Below are positions 50,102-62,568 of a DNA stretch of 64,000 nt, one piece after another (within the stretch, counting starts at the first letter, position 1; each line of letters begins with the position of its first letter). The notes under the pieces were generated by a model, which was not told the origin of the DNA, did no database searches, and saw nothing but the letters and a program-made list of their open reading frames with translations. This DNA comes from Laetmonice hystrix (Eukaryota): contig OZ249436.1 of NCBI GenBank assembly GCA_965235115.1, positions 10,912,001-10,976,000 on the forward strand, given 5' to 3'. The position numbers were made by a program, and so were the translations under genes.

Positions 50102-53100
50102 AAACAAATCGGAGCAAGATTTCTAGGAGGTGCAGTGCTTATTTTAACTAATGAAAGCAGGGAGATTCTTAATATGCATATGGTGAAAGTGGAACGTGAA
50201 ATGCCAGAACACTCGGAATCCAGTCTTATTATCAGATCAGGACTCTATATTTTTAAGAAGTGAAAAGGTTCCGTCTGTCAGAAATGTATAGTGCAAAAAA
50301 TAAGTTTTCACATTTTGAACTTTTCTGAAGCCAAAAAAAAGAAGTTGTCGCAGTCATTGCCTTAATGGTGTAGTACCTCCCAAGAGTCTGTGCTCGTCTA
50401 TGTAATATATATACACACACAACCTCAGTTACCTTCATGATAGAAACTGCCTTCTGGCTTTGAAGCCATCAAGTAAAAAAATGATCAAAGATTGGACTAT
50501 GTACAAGTTGGTACCAGGGATAGAAGGCATTGTGGTCTTCAGTAGAGATAAATTTGCACTGTCATTGTCATGGTGGAGCCATTTTTCTAAATATAGAAGA
50601 TTGAGTGATGGAACCAGGGGTACAGTAATGAAAGATGCCAGCATGTGTCGCTAGTTATGAGAATTTCCACCCATGGATTGGTTTGTTGAATCATGAATTA
50701 TGCTAGAATTCACAGGGACAAAGTGATTATACCAATAATCAGTGTAGATATGGAATATTATTAGGTAGCTGTTGGTACCGATGATGTTGTTATACAATGT
50801 ATGTGATTTATAACAATGGTGCACTCTAGTACTGAGTGGCCCATGAATGAACTAATTTTTTAATGAGTTCTGTGACTTTTGATTATGATTTTTGTCAAAG
50901 GGTCAAAATTCGTCAAATCACAGATCGTTTTTGTTATGTATTGGATTCAAAAACACCTCTTGGTATGATCAGGCTTGGTGCCGGAGGGGGGGGGGGAGTG
51001 GGGTGGTGGTTGTGGGTGCCAAAGGGTTTTTTTTATAAAAGAAGTAGCGATTCTTTTTTCACAAGACGTTACTGGTCAGTTCAAGTTTAATATCTTTGGC
51101 GACTGTTATTACAAAGGCAATTTTACTTGATTATGTAATGGTCAATTCTTTGAGGTTCAATCAGGTGCTCTTAAAGTTTTCTACTAGTACAAGTAAGATC
51201 AAAAGGACATGAGCAAAAATGTGTTGCATTCAAGAAAATTCCACTGAGTCGGTAAAATATTTTATATGATTCTTTCATTTCAATGTCGGGTTTCACAACT
51301 TTTGCCCTTTCTGTCAGTAACTGTATTGTATTTCTTCCAAGATAAATGTACTTTTCTCCCTTATAATGATGAATCTGCATGCACAGTACAAGTACATGTA
51401 CTTAGGTATTGCCGTCATTGGACAGCTGGAGGAAACTTCCTAGGACCCAGTTTGGTAGACACTAGGCACCATTGGAGAGGGTCACCTCCTGACTCCCACT
51501 TATATGATCTAACAATGGTCCATGAATATATTATGTAGTTAATAGTAATTTCTTTACACCTTATACATAATGAACTCTAGAATGAACTAACAAAATAGAT
51601 CAAAGGGCTGCGTAATTATGATCTATATACATGTACTATTCAGATTGACCTTTTATATGTTGAATGCTGTTTTGTTTCAGATACGTCGGTGAACGTATAG
51701 GTGTGACATCAGATTGGGCAGTAAGAAAATGGGACATAAGTGAGGGAATATTCCATAGGTGCTAATTCTGCCCTGCCTAATGGCACATCGCTCTGTATTT
51801 GATTTTCGGTCGGGCCATCAAACAGATGAATGATGCCCAGTTCAGAAACTTTGCCTTACAACATCCAAATATTGTCATTATATTGTATTCTAGTGTTTTG
51901 CTGTCCTCAGTAAAGGTTAGGGGTAAAATGAAAGGTTTTTTTTTACAGCATCTGGTGTAATCGGAGGTAATACGAACTCCTGATAAATTTGTTTTTCTGA
52001 GACAAGTGGAACCATGTGACAAAGACAATCACATTGTGTCAAAATCCAGTGTTCGTCCAGCGACATCGACTATTGCACTAATGCTCGTAGCTTCCAGTGT
52101 ACCTCATAATCATAATAATGTCTTGGAACAGCAGTTTTTGTATAGTTTTTGTTATCGTATTCACGACGTCAGCAACCACGAGAGAGACAGCCAGCAAAAC
52201 ACCGTTCCTAACATAACCTTTGATGATTACCGGTAGATGGTGCTCATGAAACACGCATCCTTTTTATGTTGAGTACAGGGTTTTTACTCTCAGGACGCCA
52301 CAAAACTAATGAACATTATTGTCCACGTAGCAGCGAATGTCAGCTTTATATACAGACCCGTGCGGTGTCCATCTAAACCAGTGTGGAAGCATTCTGGGGC
52401 CGGCGGTACCTCATAACTGAAGGCAAGGACACTTCAGCGATAAAATACCTCATGACTTATTTTTCATTTACTTGACGATTATCTTCAGGTGATTCTGAAG
52501 CACTGTTTGTTGTGTTATGAATTTTACCGTGTGTTTGTGTGTGTGATGAATCATGGTTATTGTATGGGAAAGATCAAAGGATTAGGGTTGTTGCTAATCC
52601 GTAATATTATTGAACGTGGCGCTAATCTAGGCAGCCTTGCATCGCATGTATCAATGTAGGCTTATGTAACTAGGCACATTTTTAGTGGGCTTGCAACAGT
52701 TCTCCAGTGTTAAATGCTTCCTTGATTTCTGTATGATTTGTGTAAGTATACATCCCTGAAAATGTCCATCTGTTATCATGATGTTATTCCTTTATTAGCG
52801 TCTCCACAATTACGTTCCTGTCTTTTTAAAAATCGATATATAGTTCTATACATGTATATTGGAATACGTTTTTATTGCTGTTGATATTTTCACTGACTAT
52901 ATTACAATCTGGTCTCGAAAAGTGTGCCTCACTTTCAGTCAATATAGAAAATGAATACATTAGTTTGAGACAACCTGGCTGTTATACGTGTATTATTTAA
53001 ACTTTTTGATGCTGGTGTTTTTATTACTTTGGATTTGGTGTCAGAGACTGATATGAGACAGGTATCGGGGACAGTTTTCATGAAGAAACCCCGTGTATAT

Positions 53101-54224
53101 TGTATATTGTAATACACCTCCCGCACACTGAAAGATGCCTTTCAGTCTCCAACCAAATGCGTTATAACGAATGCAAGACGAACTGATTGCTTGCCATAAA
53201 CTCCGTTAGGTTTTTAACGCTTACATGTGCACAAGACCAAAGCAGCATCAAGCCAAATTTACTGCCCGACAAACCCCTCGAGTGACCACTATGTTTTTGA
53301 GGAGATCCATGGCAGAAGTTTATGTTGTGATACGCACATGTCTATTTTTGGAAACGGCCTCGTAGAAATGGCTAGCGGTATTGCTATTGATTATACGATC
53401 CCCAATCAGTGTTACCGTTTCACCCCATACTGTTCTGAATACGAGGCAGCAAATGTATAATCCTGGGTTTACGAAAAAGACATGTGGTGTTCGTATGAAA
53501 AATAGAAACGTCGCGTACAGATATCATTTGTGGTGTACTCTACTGTAGTAGTACTTCAATCATGTTGATTTTTAATTGTTTTGTTTTTTTTCTTCCCCTC
53601 CGCTATGTTACTGCAACATTATTTTAACGTATAACTGGTCGGAGGATATGGGCCTTGACTTTACTTATTTTCCAGGCTATTGCTAATGGATATAAATTTC
53701 TTCTTTCTTTTTGTATGTGTGCAGGTACATGTACAAAGATCCCTTTGTGGAGTATTCATGTAGAGTCGTAACCATAGGTCACATGTAGACTACAAAATAA
53801 ATCCATACTATATTTAATAAGTAGTCTTGTTTATATTTCTCAGTTTTATTCAGGAACGTGTACGTAGATATGCAACACGTATACTTCTATATACGGGGCA
53901 AGTAAACGGGTAGTGAGTCTACTTGCCTGTAACTAAGCAAAATCCTGTCATTCCAGTAGAAAAGAAAAACAACCAAATTAAGGGCAGGATTAATGATCCC
54001 TTAATTGAAAGAGCTACGAATGCGTTAAGAATGGGCAATGTGTTCAGACATGCTCCCATGTTCGTATGACTGCCTTCTCTTTCACTTTGGACGTCAGAAT
54101 TGAAGAGCCTTTGACAAGAAACTTTACTCAAATTTTACCCAAAAGATAACGGCTAACGGAACATGCAGTCCTTTAAGATTTTTTTGGTTTCCATTCCACT
54201 TCGGTATAGGTAAACTGTTGGACG

Positions 54225-54491
54225 TCAGGCATAAAGGAGGTCCTTATCGACGGTGGGTAGATTGGTGGGCCCTGACTGGCCGTGGTTCACCCAACCAGTC
54301 CGATTGGTTGGCTGTGAGGGTTGGGATGATCCTGCCGAGATGACGCTCGAGTATGGTGGAGGGTTGCCCGACGTGACAGGGTTGTAGGCTGGGGACAAGA
54401 CTTGGCCTGGTTGGGGCGCCTGCTGGCCGAACTCACCGTACGCGGGAGGCAATACTTGGCCACTAGCTGAATAGCTGGGGACCAGAATGGC
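54225..54491 (-). CDS. small two-TM PY-motif membrane protein, exon 3 (Pro/Gln/Ser tail with PPAY and PPPY)
   Basis: attatag|GCC; AILVPSYSASGQVLPPAYGEFGQQAPQPGQVLSPAYNPVTSGNPPPYSSV...LLYA*. Total CDS 558 bp = 185 aa. Confidence 0.8.
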   Translation of the reverse strand, partial: AILVPSYSASGQVLPPAYGEFGQQAPQPGQVLSPAYNPVTSGNPPPYSSVISAGSSQPSQPTNRTGWVNHGQSGPTNLPTVDKDLLYA

Positions 54492-55073
54492 CTATAATAC
54501 AAGGGTATAACCGATTACAGGTATATTAAATTGTATGCACGTTTCTATATGCGACTCAATGGGTCTTTGATATATTCGTTTGGTTTGTTTACTCCACCAA
54601 CTCCTCTATTTTTCCTTTATACTTGTCTAATTTTGTTAATATTCAAGGCAATTAAATTAAGCCTAGATCCCCGGCAAGGGCAACCTGTGCCGGGTATTAA
54701 CTCAGGTGACAACAACAAAATTTGACATGCTTTTGTCATGATGCCAAAATCACAAGGTCATGTATTCAACATGGTATAACCCCCCCCCCTGCAGTTAGTA
54801 GCCTAACATAACAGGTGCATTAGATATGTTGACTGCACTTGAGGACGACAAAAAAGGTCATGATGCCTGCTAGTTTTAACCTAATCCCCGCTTACTCAAA
54901 AACAATTTGAAAGCCGTGTATATTTATGCTCACTTACGATTATCAATGATTGATGCTACAAATGACAATAGGTTGTCTTTATTAATGTCTAAAAGAGCTG
55001 CGGCATGAACCCCCCTATATAATTATATTTGCCCCCCCCCCCCTCGTTTCTCAAATATGCCGTCTCGACTCAC

Positions 55074-55227
55074 CGCGCCTCCAGTTGTAGTGATCACAGG
55101 AGAAGTTCCACTCCTCCGCGAAGCCTTATGAGCACAGACGACCGTTAAAACGGCGAAAACGATTCCGGCGATAATCATTAATGTTGATATAATAACCATT
55201 GCGAGTCCTGTTTTCAACAGGGTTGGT
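55074..55227 (-). CDS. small two-TM PY-motif membrane protein, exon 2
   Basis: ctttcag|A CCA; (I)PTLLKTGLAMVIISTLMIIAGIVFAVLTVVCAHKASRRSGTSPVITTTGGA. Donor GCG|GTGAGT, 154 bp, phase 0. Confidence 0.8.
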
Positions 55228-55424
55228 CTGAAAGGCAAACAAAAGGGTTGCACCATTAATATAGGAAAAACAAAGTTCCTTGTTCTGCGTAAGGTCTAAA
55301 TTAATTTTCTTTAAATGGGAAGTGAAACGCGATAATGTGCAGAAAGTATTAAGAAATACTTATACAATGTACTTCTAATATGAACATCTGGTTGTTGACC
55401 AACATAATATCACAGATAAGATAC

Positions 55425-56446
55425 ACTCTAAAAACAAATTGGTTAATCTAACCAATATATTGGTTAAATTTAACCAATTTTCTTGGCTGGAATGAGTCTC
55501 ACCAATATTTTGGTTGGAACAACCAATCCAGATTGGTTGATTCAATAACCAATCCAGATTGGTTGACTTAATAACCAATTAGAATTGGTCGATTTAACCA
55601 ATTAACCAAGAAAATTAATTGTACACTTCACTAGTGATTAATTATGATAACCAAGAAAAAATCAGACTTTTTTAGTTTAGATTTGTATGGCCTGATGATT
55701 TCGGACAGGTCCATTCGAGGAAAATGCAAACGTCTGCAACCTCAGAGGCTACTCTGCTTGCTAATGTCGACTTCTTTTATAAAGGAGTTCATAATTAAGT
55801 TCTCTAGCGTCCAAAGATGGTGTTTCCATGAGCAATGTCAACAAATCCCACTTAATTAGGCCCGGGATTGACATAACACTCTACTCATTATCACAAAGAC
55901 TGTATTCATATTATTGTTCATTTATGCCCACGGTTTCATTAGCCGACTCTCACAGGTATACGACACTTCGGGGTATAACCAAAGAATGGGGCAGGTGAGA
56001 GTCATCACGTGACCACTGTGCTGGTTATCCAGTAACCAATCACATTGGTTGTTAATCGCAACCAATGTGATTGGTTACCCAATAACCAACGTATTGGTTG
56101 CGACTTAACCAAATTGTTGGTTAAAACAACCAATTTAGGCTCAACCAATGAGATTGGTAATTTTTTTAACCAATACATATAGGCCGAGGCCTACCAATAA
56201 ATTGGTTCATATAACCAATTTCTCATTAACCAATTTAGATTGGTTGCTGCAACCAATTAATATTGGTTAGGCCCCTACATATACCAAGAGATTGGTACAT
56301 ATAACCAATTATCCCATTAACCATTTTAGATTGGTTGTTCCAACCAATTAATATTGGTTACATATACCAAGAAATTGGTTCATATAACCAATATTTCAAT
56401 AACCAATCAAATTGGTTGGATTTTTAACCAATTTGTTTTAAGAGTG
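55425..56446. mobile_element. EnSpm/CACTA-like non-autonomous element with AACCAAT subterminal repeats
   Basis: TA|CACTCTAAAAACAAATTGGTTAA ... TTAACCAATTTGTTTTAAGAGTG|TA; dozens of AACCAAT/ATTGGTT units at both ends. Confidence 0.75.
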
Positions 56447-57122
56447 TAGTCATCTTATATCCTAAAGAAGGTACAGATACCAGCATTTTCCCGTGACTAA
56501 TGACCAAAACAAAAAACAAACGACGATCGTCTTATTCAATTCACCGGAATTAATATCCGAATTTGCCAGCAAATTTCGCAAGAAAATATACCTAAAGGGA
56601 ACACACTATAGTGGTAGCATTCTATAGTTAAGACAAGTCTCCAACAAATGTGTGTAAAGAATGCTGTTTTTAGATTATTTTGCCAGATTACCTTCACTTT
56701 AAAGGTGCTATTCGTGAACAAAAATTCAATTTTTTTATTTTTAATTTTGTTGACGTTTATGTGATCCCACCTATCATGGAAATAGATTCACAACAAAGGA
56801 AATCAAAATTTTTCATGGATAACGGCACAAATGGGGCTCTCTCAGAAGGCCTGTGGAGACCCTGACACGCTCCACCATAGGAAATGGCTCTATCTCGGTG
56901 CGCACCGAGATAGGTTTCAAATGCTGCACACAAACTAATAGAAGGTTTATCAGGCCAATGGTATCGGTAGGAATTGTTTCTAGTACTATGTGCACAATGT
57001 ATGATAGGAGAAATGCCATTCTGTGCGAGACGAATAGCACCTTTAAGTTTAAGGAGGGTGAACGTTTCCGTTTTAAGTTGATCCAGTAGTTATTGTTATC
57101 TCGGGTATAATGGACAGCTTAC

Positions 57123-57259
57123 ATCATGGAGTACGCCGACAGCATGACTATTCCTGATATGAGGCAGGGGATCCCGAAGGTGAAGAGGAAGCAAACAACG
57201 CATGCGGTCAGCCCGCCGAATACAACCGTGCCGACTTCGGCCCCCTGTCGTTCCGTCAT
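57123..57259 (-). CDS. small two-TM PY-motif membrane protein, coding exon 1
   Basis: ccttcag acceptor 10 nt before ATG; MTERQGAEVGTVVFGGLTACVVCFLFTFGIPCLISGIVMLSAYSM (hydrophobic). Donor AT|GTAAGC, 137 bp, phase 2. Confidence 0.75.
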
Positions 57260-58650
57260 TCTCGGACGGCTGAAGGATCCATTTTTAACAGCTCACATTT
57301 AATGTCTATAATACAATGTATATACAGGCGCGAGGTATGCTGTTTTATATCGCATGTTGGGTCAGGTAGAACATGTCGATGTGTTCAACAGTATAATATT
57401 AAAGACATATGAATTAATATATCAATTAATTGACGCGTTACCCCTTCCATAAAATACACGAGAAGGCTATAGTTTAAAATTGTGTGGTTGCGCCATAGCG
57501 CGCATTATAAACGTATGCCCTGGGGCCTATATATATATATAGACAGCCGACTTCTATTCTACTGCAGTTGTCAGTTTTAAATAAGAAAAATAATATTTCA
57601 GTGTTAAATGTTTGAACTGTTAGTCGCACTACAGGCATCGCATGTGTTGGGCTCTAATACCGTTTACGTGTTGACCTGTATATCACATGGATAGCTTTGC
57701 TGTTTTGGTTCCACCATAGGAAAAAAAACTTACCTGGCAATAAAATGTTTAGAAATGTGATCTGTCCAAACTAGTTGGCGACATCGGCGATGCTTTTCTC
57801 AGTGTGAAAAAGAAAATCCTCGAATAGCGAACCTACTCTGCACACGCGAAAGAAGTCAAGGTTTTAGACGTTCCCCAGCATAAACACGACTTATCAGTTC
57901 TGGCAATTGCTGGCAAATCCCTGCCCACTACTTATGGTCAAGCATAGGCGGTCTGTAGACTGAGCACAGTATTGTATGTCTCCATGGTTGACTGCAGGTC
58001 TCTCCATACCACTGGCGACCGACTCAAAGTTTGGATTAGTCTTGCATGCCAATTACATGAAAATTTAAGCCTATACTTACTATACAGTATGGCTCGGAAT
58101 TAACACACTATGAAGTTGCTAGTAATAGCAAGCCTATAGTAGAATTAGCTCACACATTCATAGATAAGATGTCTATAAAAATTATTATATCCGCTAAATT
58201 ATAGCAGTGGGGTGATTAAAGTGGCACCCCAAGTGTAATCTCTCCCCCCCCCCCCCCCTTCAAAAAATTCAGTGGCTCCGATGAAGATTATTTATGGTAA
58301 GCCTATTACCGAGGAAAACATTACAGCGCCTTGTTCACCAATCGATTTTTTTTGAGTTGTTGCATGCCATGCATGACTGTTTATCACGATAAACTGTCGG
58401 GATAGGCGAAGCGCTTTTTCAAATCAATAAGGAAAGGTAAACGGAAAAAAAACAGGCGTTCCGACTAAGTGGTCCCTAAAAGATTACCGCTGCAAAGCGC
58501 TCTGATCGCATCAGGTCCTCTGTTTACCGTCATACGCTGTGCATAATATGCAGGGAGGCCTATGTCCAGAGAGTATACCCCCACTATAGAAGCAAGGACG
58601 TAGTGCCGCCAAAAGAGACAGCGACAGACCGGACAACCCACTTGACGATG

Positions 58651-58835
58651 CTGCCACCTGGTGGTGGCGGCCGTTGTGGTGCTGCCACCTGGTGGGGCTG
58701 GTAGTAGCCGTTCTGGTGCTGCCACCTAGTGAGGAAGGGATACCTCCCAGCAGGGTACACTGGTTCCCAAAGCTACCACTACGCTACAGTGGGACCAGTC
58801 TACCAGCAGGGACGACAGGTACTGCCACCTGGTGG
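58651..58835 (-). promoter_or_regulatory. cluster of four co-oriented CTCF-like motifs
   Basis: CTGCCACCTGGTGG at 58651, 58682 and 58822; CTGCCACCTAGTGA at 58719. Reverse complement CCACCAGGTGGCAG matches the CTCF core consensus. Confidence 0.5.
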
Positions 58836-60955
58836 CGGCAGGGACCACGGCAAATGAATTCCATGCCAGAAGAATAGCAGGAAATCCTCATGCCTCACAG
58901 TCTGCACCAACCAGACGAACTGCAATGTTCTTGTCTTACTTGGCGTCAAGGGGATAGGTAGGCTACAGGCTGCTACTACACGACGACTGAAGTAGAGGTG
59001 TTAGACTGAAGAGTAGATATCTAAGCCTACGACTCTTAGTCCGCTGTCAGAAACTGACGTCCTCTCCTTTATTTCCCAGCAGTAGTTATTTAGGCTATAC
59101 TGAATTTATTGATGGCCAGGTGCCTTGTTTGTACACTGGGTCCAATTATCGTCTTACTTCATGTAACAATGATACTTTATGTAACCAGGATACTATAACT
59201 GCCATCTACTGGTGTATACAGGAACTTTATTAAATTGATTAATACAGGATCTTTCTCTTTTGTGCTGCCCCCTGGCGTCGTATTATCATCTTAGCCCAGG
59301 CGCGGCTGCTAGTGCATGGGAGGATCATGAGATATGGGCGCTATGTTCCTCTCCGATGAAGCTCCACACCAAGATTGTTGAGTCAGCACTACAGTATTGA
59401 CACAAGGTCTGGACACCAGGCAAGGGGGGGCTTTGGGTCAGCACCAACCCTGACACCAACACCATGTATAGATCTACACTAACACCAACACCAGGTTTAA
59501 AGTCACCCAGTGAATCCGTGCACGGCTTCACATGCTTCACACGAATACAGCGGCAAGGCGCTCTGATCGCATTGCGCCCTCTATATGTTTATACCGTCAT
59601 CAACGAAACTAGACTTGCTCGTCTCGTTGCTGTCTGCTGTGCATATGCAGGGATGTTTGCCCAGTCGATTGGACGAATTATATTCCTATCATTAGGCCTA
59701 TCATTTGCAAGACCATGCAGATAAGAAATATGATTATATTCCTACAGCTATGGGCCTAGTATAGGCCTATTAAAGTATCAGCATATATGTTTACGTCCTG
59801 TGTATTGCACACACATGCCTATAACCGATACCACCAGCGCCCCATTGATCAGCATTGGAAGCAGAAGGTATACGCAGTCCGACGGAAAGTATACGGACCC
59901 CAAACTCGAGGGCTCTAACCTCAGTGAGTGGGCCTATATATACTCGGAGGGAAGGCGCTATCCAGTTTTTGTTGGAAACACTGCGAAAACGGCACTCCGC
60001 ATGCGCACCACCCCCAGGTCCGCCTGCCTCACCCATCACATATCACATCAGACAGAGTCGGCGAGAGGGGATGGGTGAGGCCGTGCGCTCGCAGTAAAAC
60101 GTCACACGCCAAGCTGATTTGGACGGTCACCGGCCTGGATATAGTATTTTGTATGGGTGATTTCCTGAGGAATATAGTGACTATACAGCAGGTATGTATA
60201 GGATTTTTGAGATTATGTTGGTGGTCATGTCGGTGACAAAGGAAACCTAAGCGAGACGGGACCTTGTTTAGTGCGCTGCAGCATCACTCTGGCGGCAGCT
60301 GTGACTGCTGCTGCTGCTGCTGCTGCTAAACAGTGCTGTCGCGTTCGTCGATGCTGTGGCAGATGCTGCTTCTTCCGTGAGGGCAGACACGATTTGTTCT
60401 TGTCACGCACAAACTAGGGATAGTGGCAATAGTCGAGCTGGAGAAGTACAAATTCATGAACTTGGTAAATGTAGACATTATATGGCATAACCTAATGTTG
60501 TCGTCGCATGCCAATCCGGTGCAGATTACCCTAAAACTGGTCAAAATGGCGTTTTTGTAACATTGGCAGTGTGTCAGCCGAGCTACTTCCTTATTGTAAA
60601 GGCTATAGCCAGGCATAGTAATACTCGCCATGTTGTGTCGTATTGTATTACCCCGGCTCGCCTGTGCATGGACGCCATGCATAACCACCACCGACCTTTT
60701 CCGCGAATATGATGCCAATGTTCTTGATACCAATCGTACTGCACAGCTGCTGCTAATTCTCCTGTCGATGTGCAGGTGGTCATTATGTCGCGGGACCACA
60801 GCATAATGCCATGAGGCCTATACCCGTATACACGCACCTGTCTATGACCCAGTGGACGCGTTTATTACAGCTGTAGAAAAATGCAATTAGTAATCTGATG
60901 ACAGAGCCGCCATCGAATGGTTTAAGGGGGGGGGGGGGTAAACTTCTGGAGTTAA

Positions 60956-61486
60956 AGGGGCATATTATGAGGAAACGTTGAAAAATCGGTATTTCAAAGA
61001 ACTTTTGCTGTTTTCATAAAGAGATCCTTCATTAATATTGCTTGGTAAACAAAGACAGACTTATCAGTTTCATTTTGTGTGAGAAATCGAAGTTTATGAA
61101 GCTTCCTTGCCCGCTTTTCTGCCGATTTCGTAAAATATTTTTTAGGTGGCATTCTGATGCCGGACGATCGAGTGCAACTGCTGAATTGTTTACAACTAGG
61201 CGAAGCACGTGACTAAGCACATGCAGAGAGTGCACACGCAGGATGTGACACAGTATGCAATTACACGGGTTAATGGGAGGTTGTCTGTAGCAAATTATGG
61301 CGGGAGATGTGCTATCGGGAGAAATCTATAGGTTTGGTCGTATAGAACCTACATTTGCTGCATACGCAGCGAAAACACGTCGGAGGACAAAATGCTGTGG
61401 TAGGATTATTTACTTAGTCCCCTAGTACACGGTCATGTTGGATAATCGCCGGAAATCCTCAAAAAGGTACATTTTAGTATGCCCCT
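60956..61486. mobile_element. Kolobok-like MITE, copy 2 (inverted relative to copy 1)
   Basis: TTAA|AGGGGCAT...ATGCCCCT|TTAA; same internal sequence as 39545-40071 in reverse complement. Confidence 0.8.
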
Positions 61487-61590
61487 TTAATATTATATTA
61501 ATGTTCAACGATGATGCACATTGTCCTACCCACGTCACAAGAATATCTGGGTAAAGTTAGTGGCGCAACGGGTTTAAGATGAGTTGGAGA

Positions 61591-61886
61591 TCAATCTAAT
61601 TAAAATTAGATCTTAGTTATTTCGCATGCGCTACATACTAGGATCTAACGGCATCCCGTATGGGGTCACTTCAGGCTGACCTTTGACCCAGATTCAAGTG
61701 TGCCGTTGAAAATGCCTACGAGCGCACACCGAAGATTTCGTAGGCGGCTCGCTGATTGGCTGAATCCCGAGGTCAACCTGAGGTGACCCCTAATGGGATG
61801 TCCTTAGATCTAGGTATGGAGCGCAGCCAGCACCGACACAGCCGAGAGAGACGCGGAATACCAAGATCTAATTTTAATTAGATTGA
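61591..61886. mobile_element. MITE with 8-bp TSD (hAT- or MULE-like)
   Basis: GTTGGAGA|TCAATCTAATTAAAATTAGATCTT ... AAGATCTAATTTTAATTAGATTGA|GTTGGAGA; additional internal inverted repeats. Confidence 0.8.
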
Positions 61887-62568
61887 GTTGGAGATGGTCC
61901 CATGCGCGATATTACTTTATTTTAAAAAAGCCTATGCCAGTGTCAACACTTCTGTGAATGTTATCAGATCAAAGTCTCTTAGATCTTAGAACTATACTAC
62001 AGTCCATACCAATTTTCATAATAATAGCAACTTAAGGTAGAATTTTCGTTAATAATAACTGCTTTGATAATAAGAATGAGTGTCAAAAAGCAAAACTGTT
62101 TTCAGGTGGGGATTTTAATATAAAAAAGTGTGAAGTGCTACTACTTATAATAAAACATAAGGTAGAATGTTCTTTAATTTATATATTTGATTATATATGA
62201 GTTTGCATTCATGTAATACTTTTTTTTATATGGGAATGTAACAATTATTACTATACTCAACAATCAGACCTATACTAGATTGGGATTGGAGTTTTTGCTG
62301 GTAGAATTGGAGATTTTTCAGGTAGAATTGAACCAGTAGAGACTCCGATTGCAATCTCCACATATATGGGATTGTTAGTTCTACCAGTAGAGATTACGAT
62401 CTCAGTCTCTACTGGTGGAGACGCTGATCGCAATCTCTTCTAGTAGAATCTCCGATCCTACCTGATCGCAATCTTTACCCTGACATATACATTGTTTATG
62501 ATTGTTAATAATAATAATTATTTAACCTTTCAGACCCCGGGTGATTTACATTCTACGGACTGGCAGAC

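Noticed and set aside
49563-50117. 184-aa antisense ORF
   Set aside because: Shadow of the CAG/CAC-rich sense exon.
58465-58877. ORFs over the CCACCAGGTGGCAG cluster (PPGGS repeats)
   Set aside because: The motif copies fall in different frames and the ORFs are short with no splice support; a DNA-level motif explains them better.
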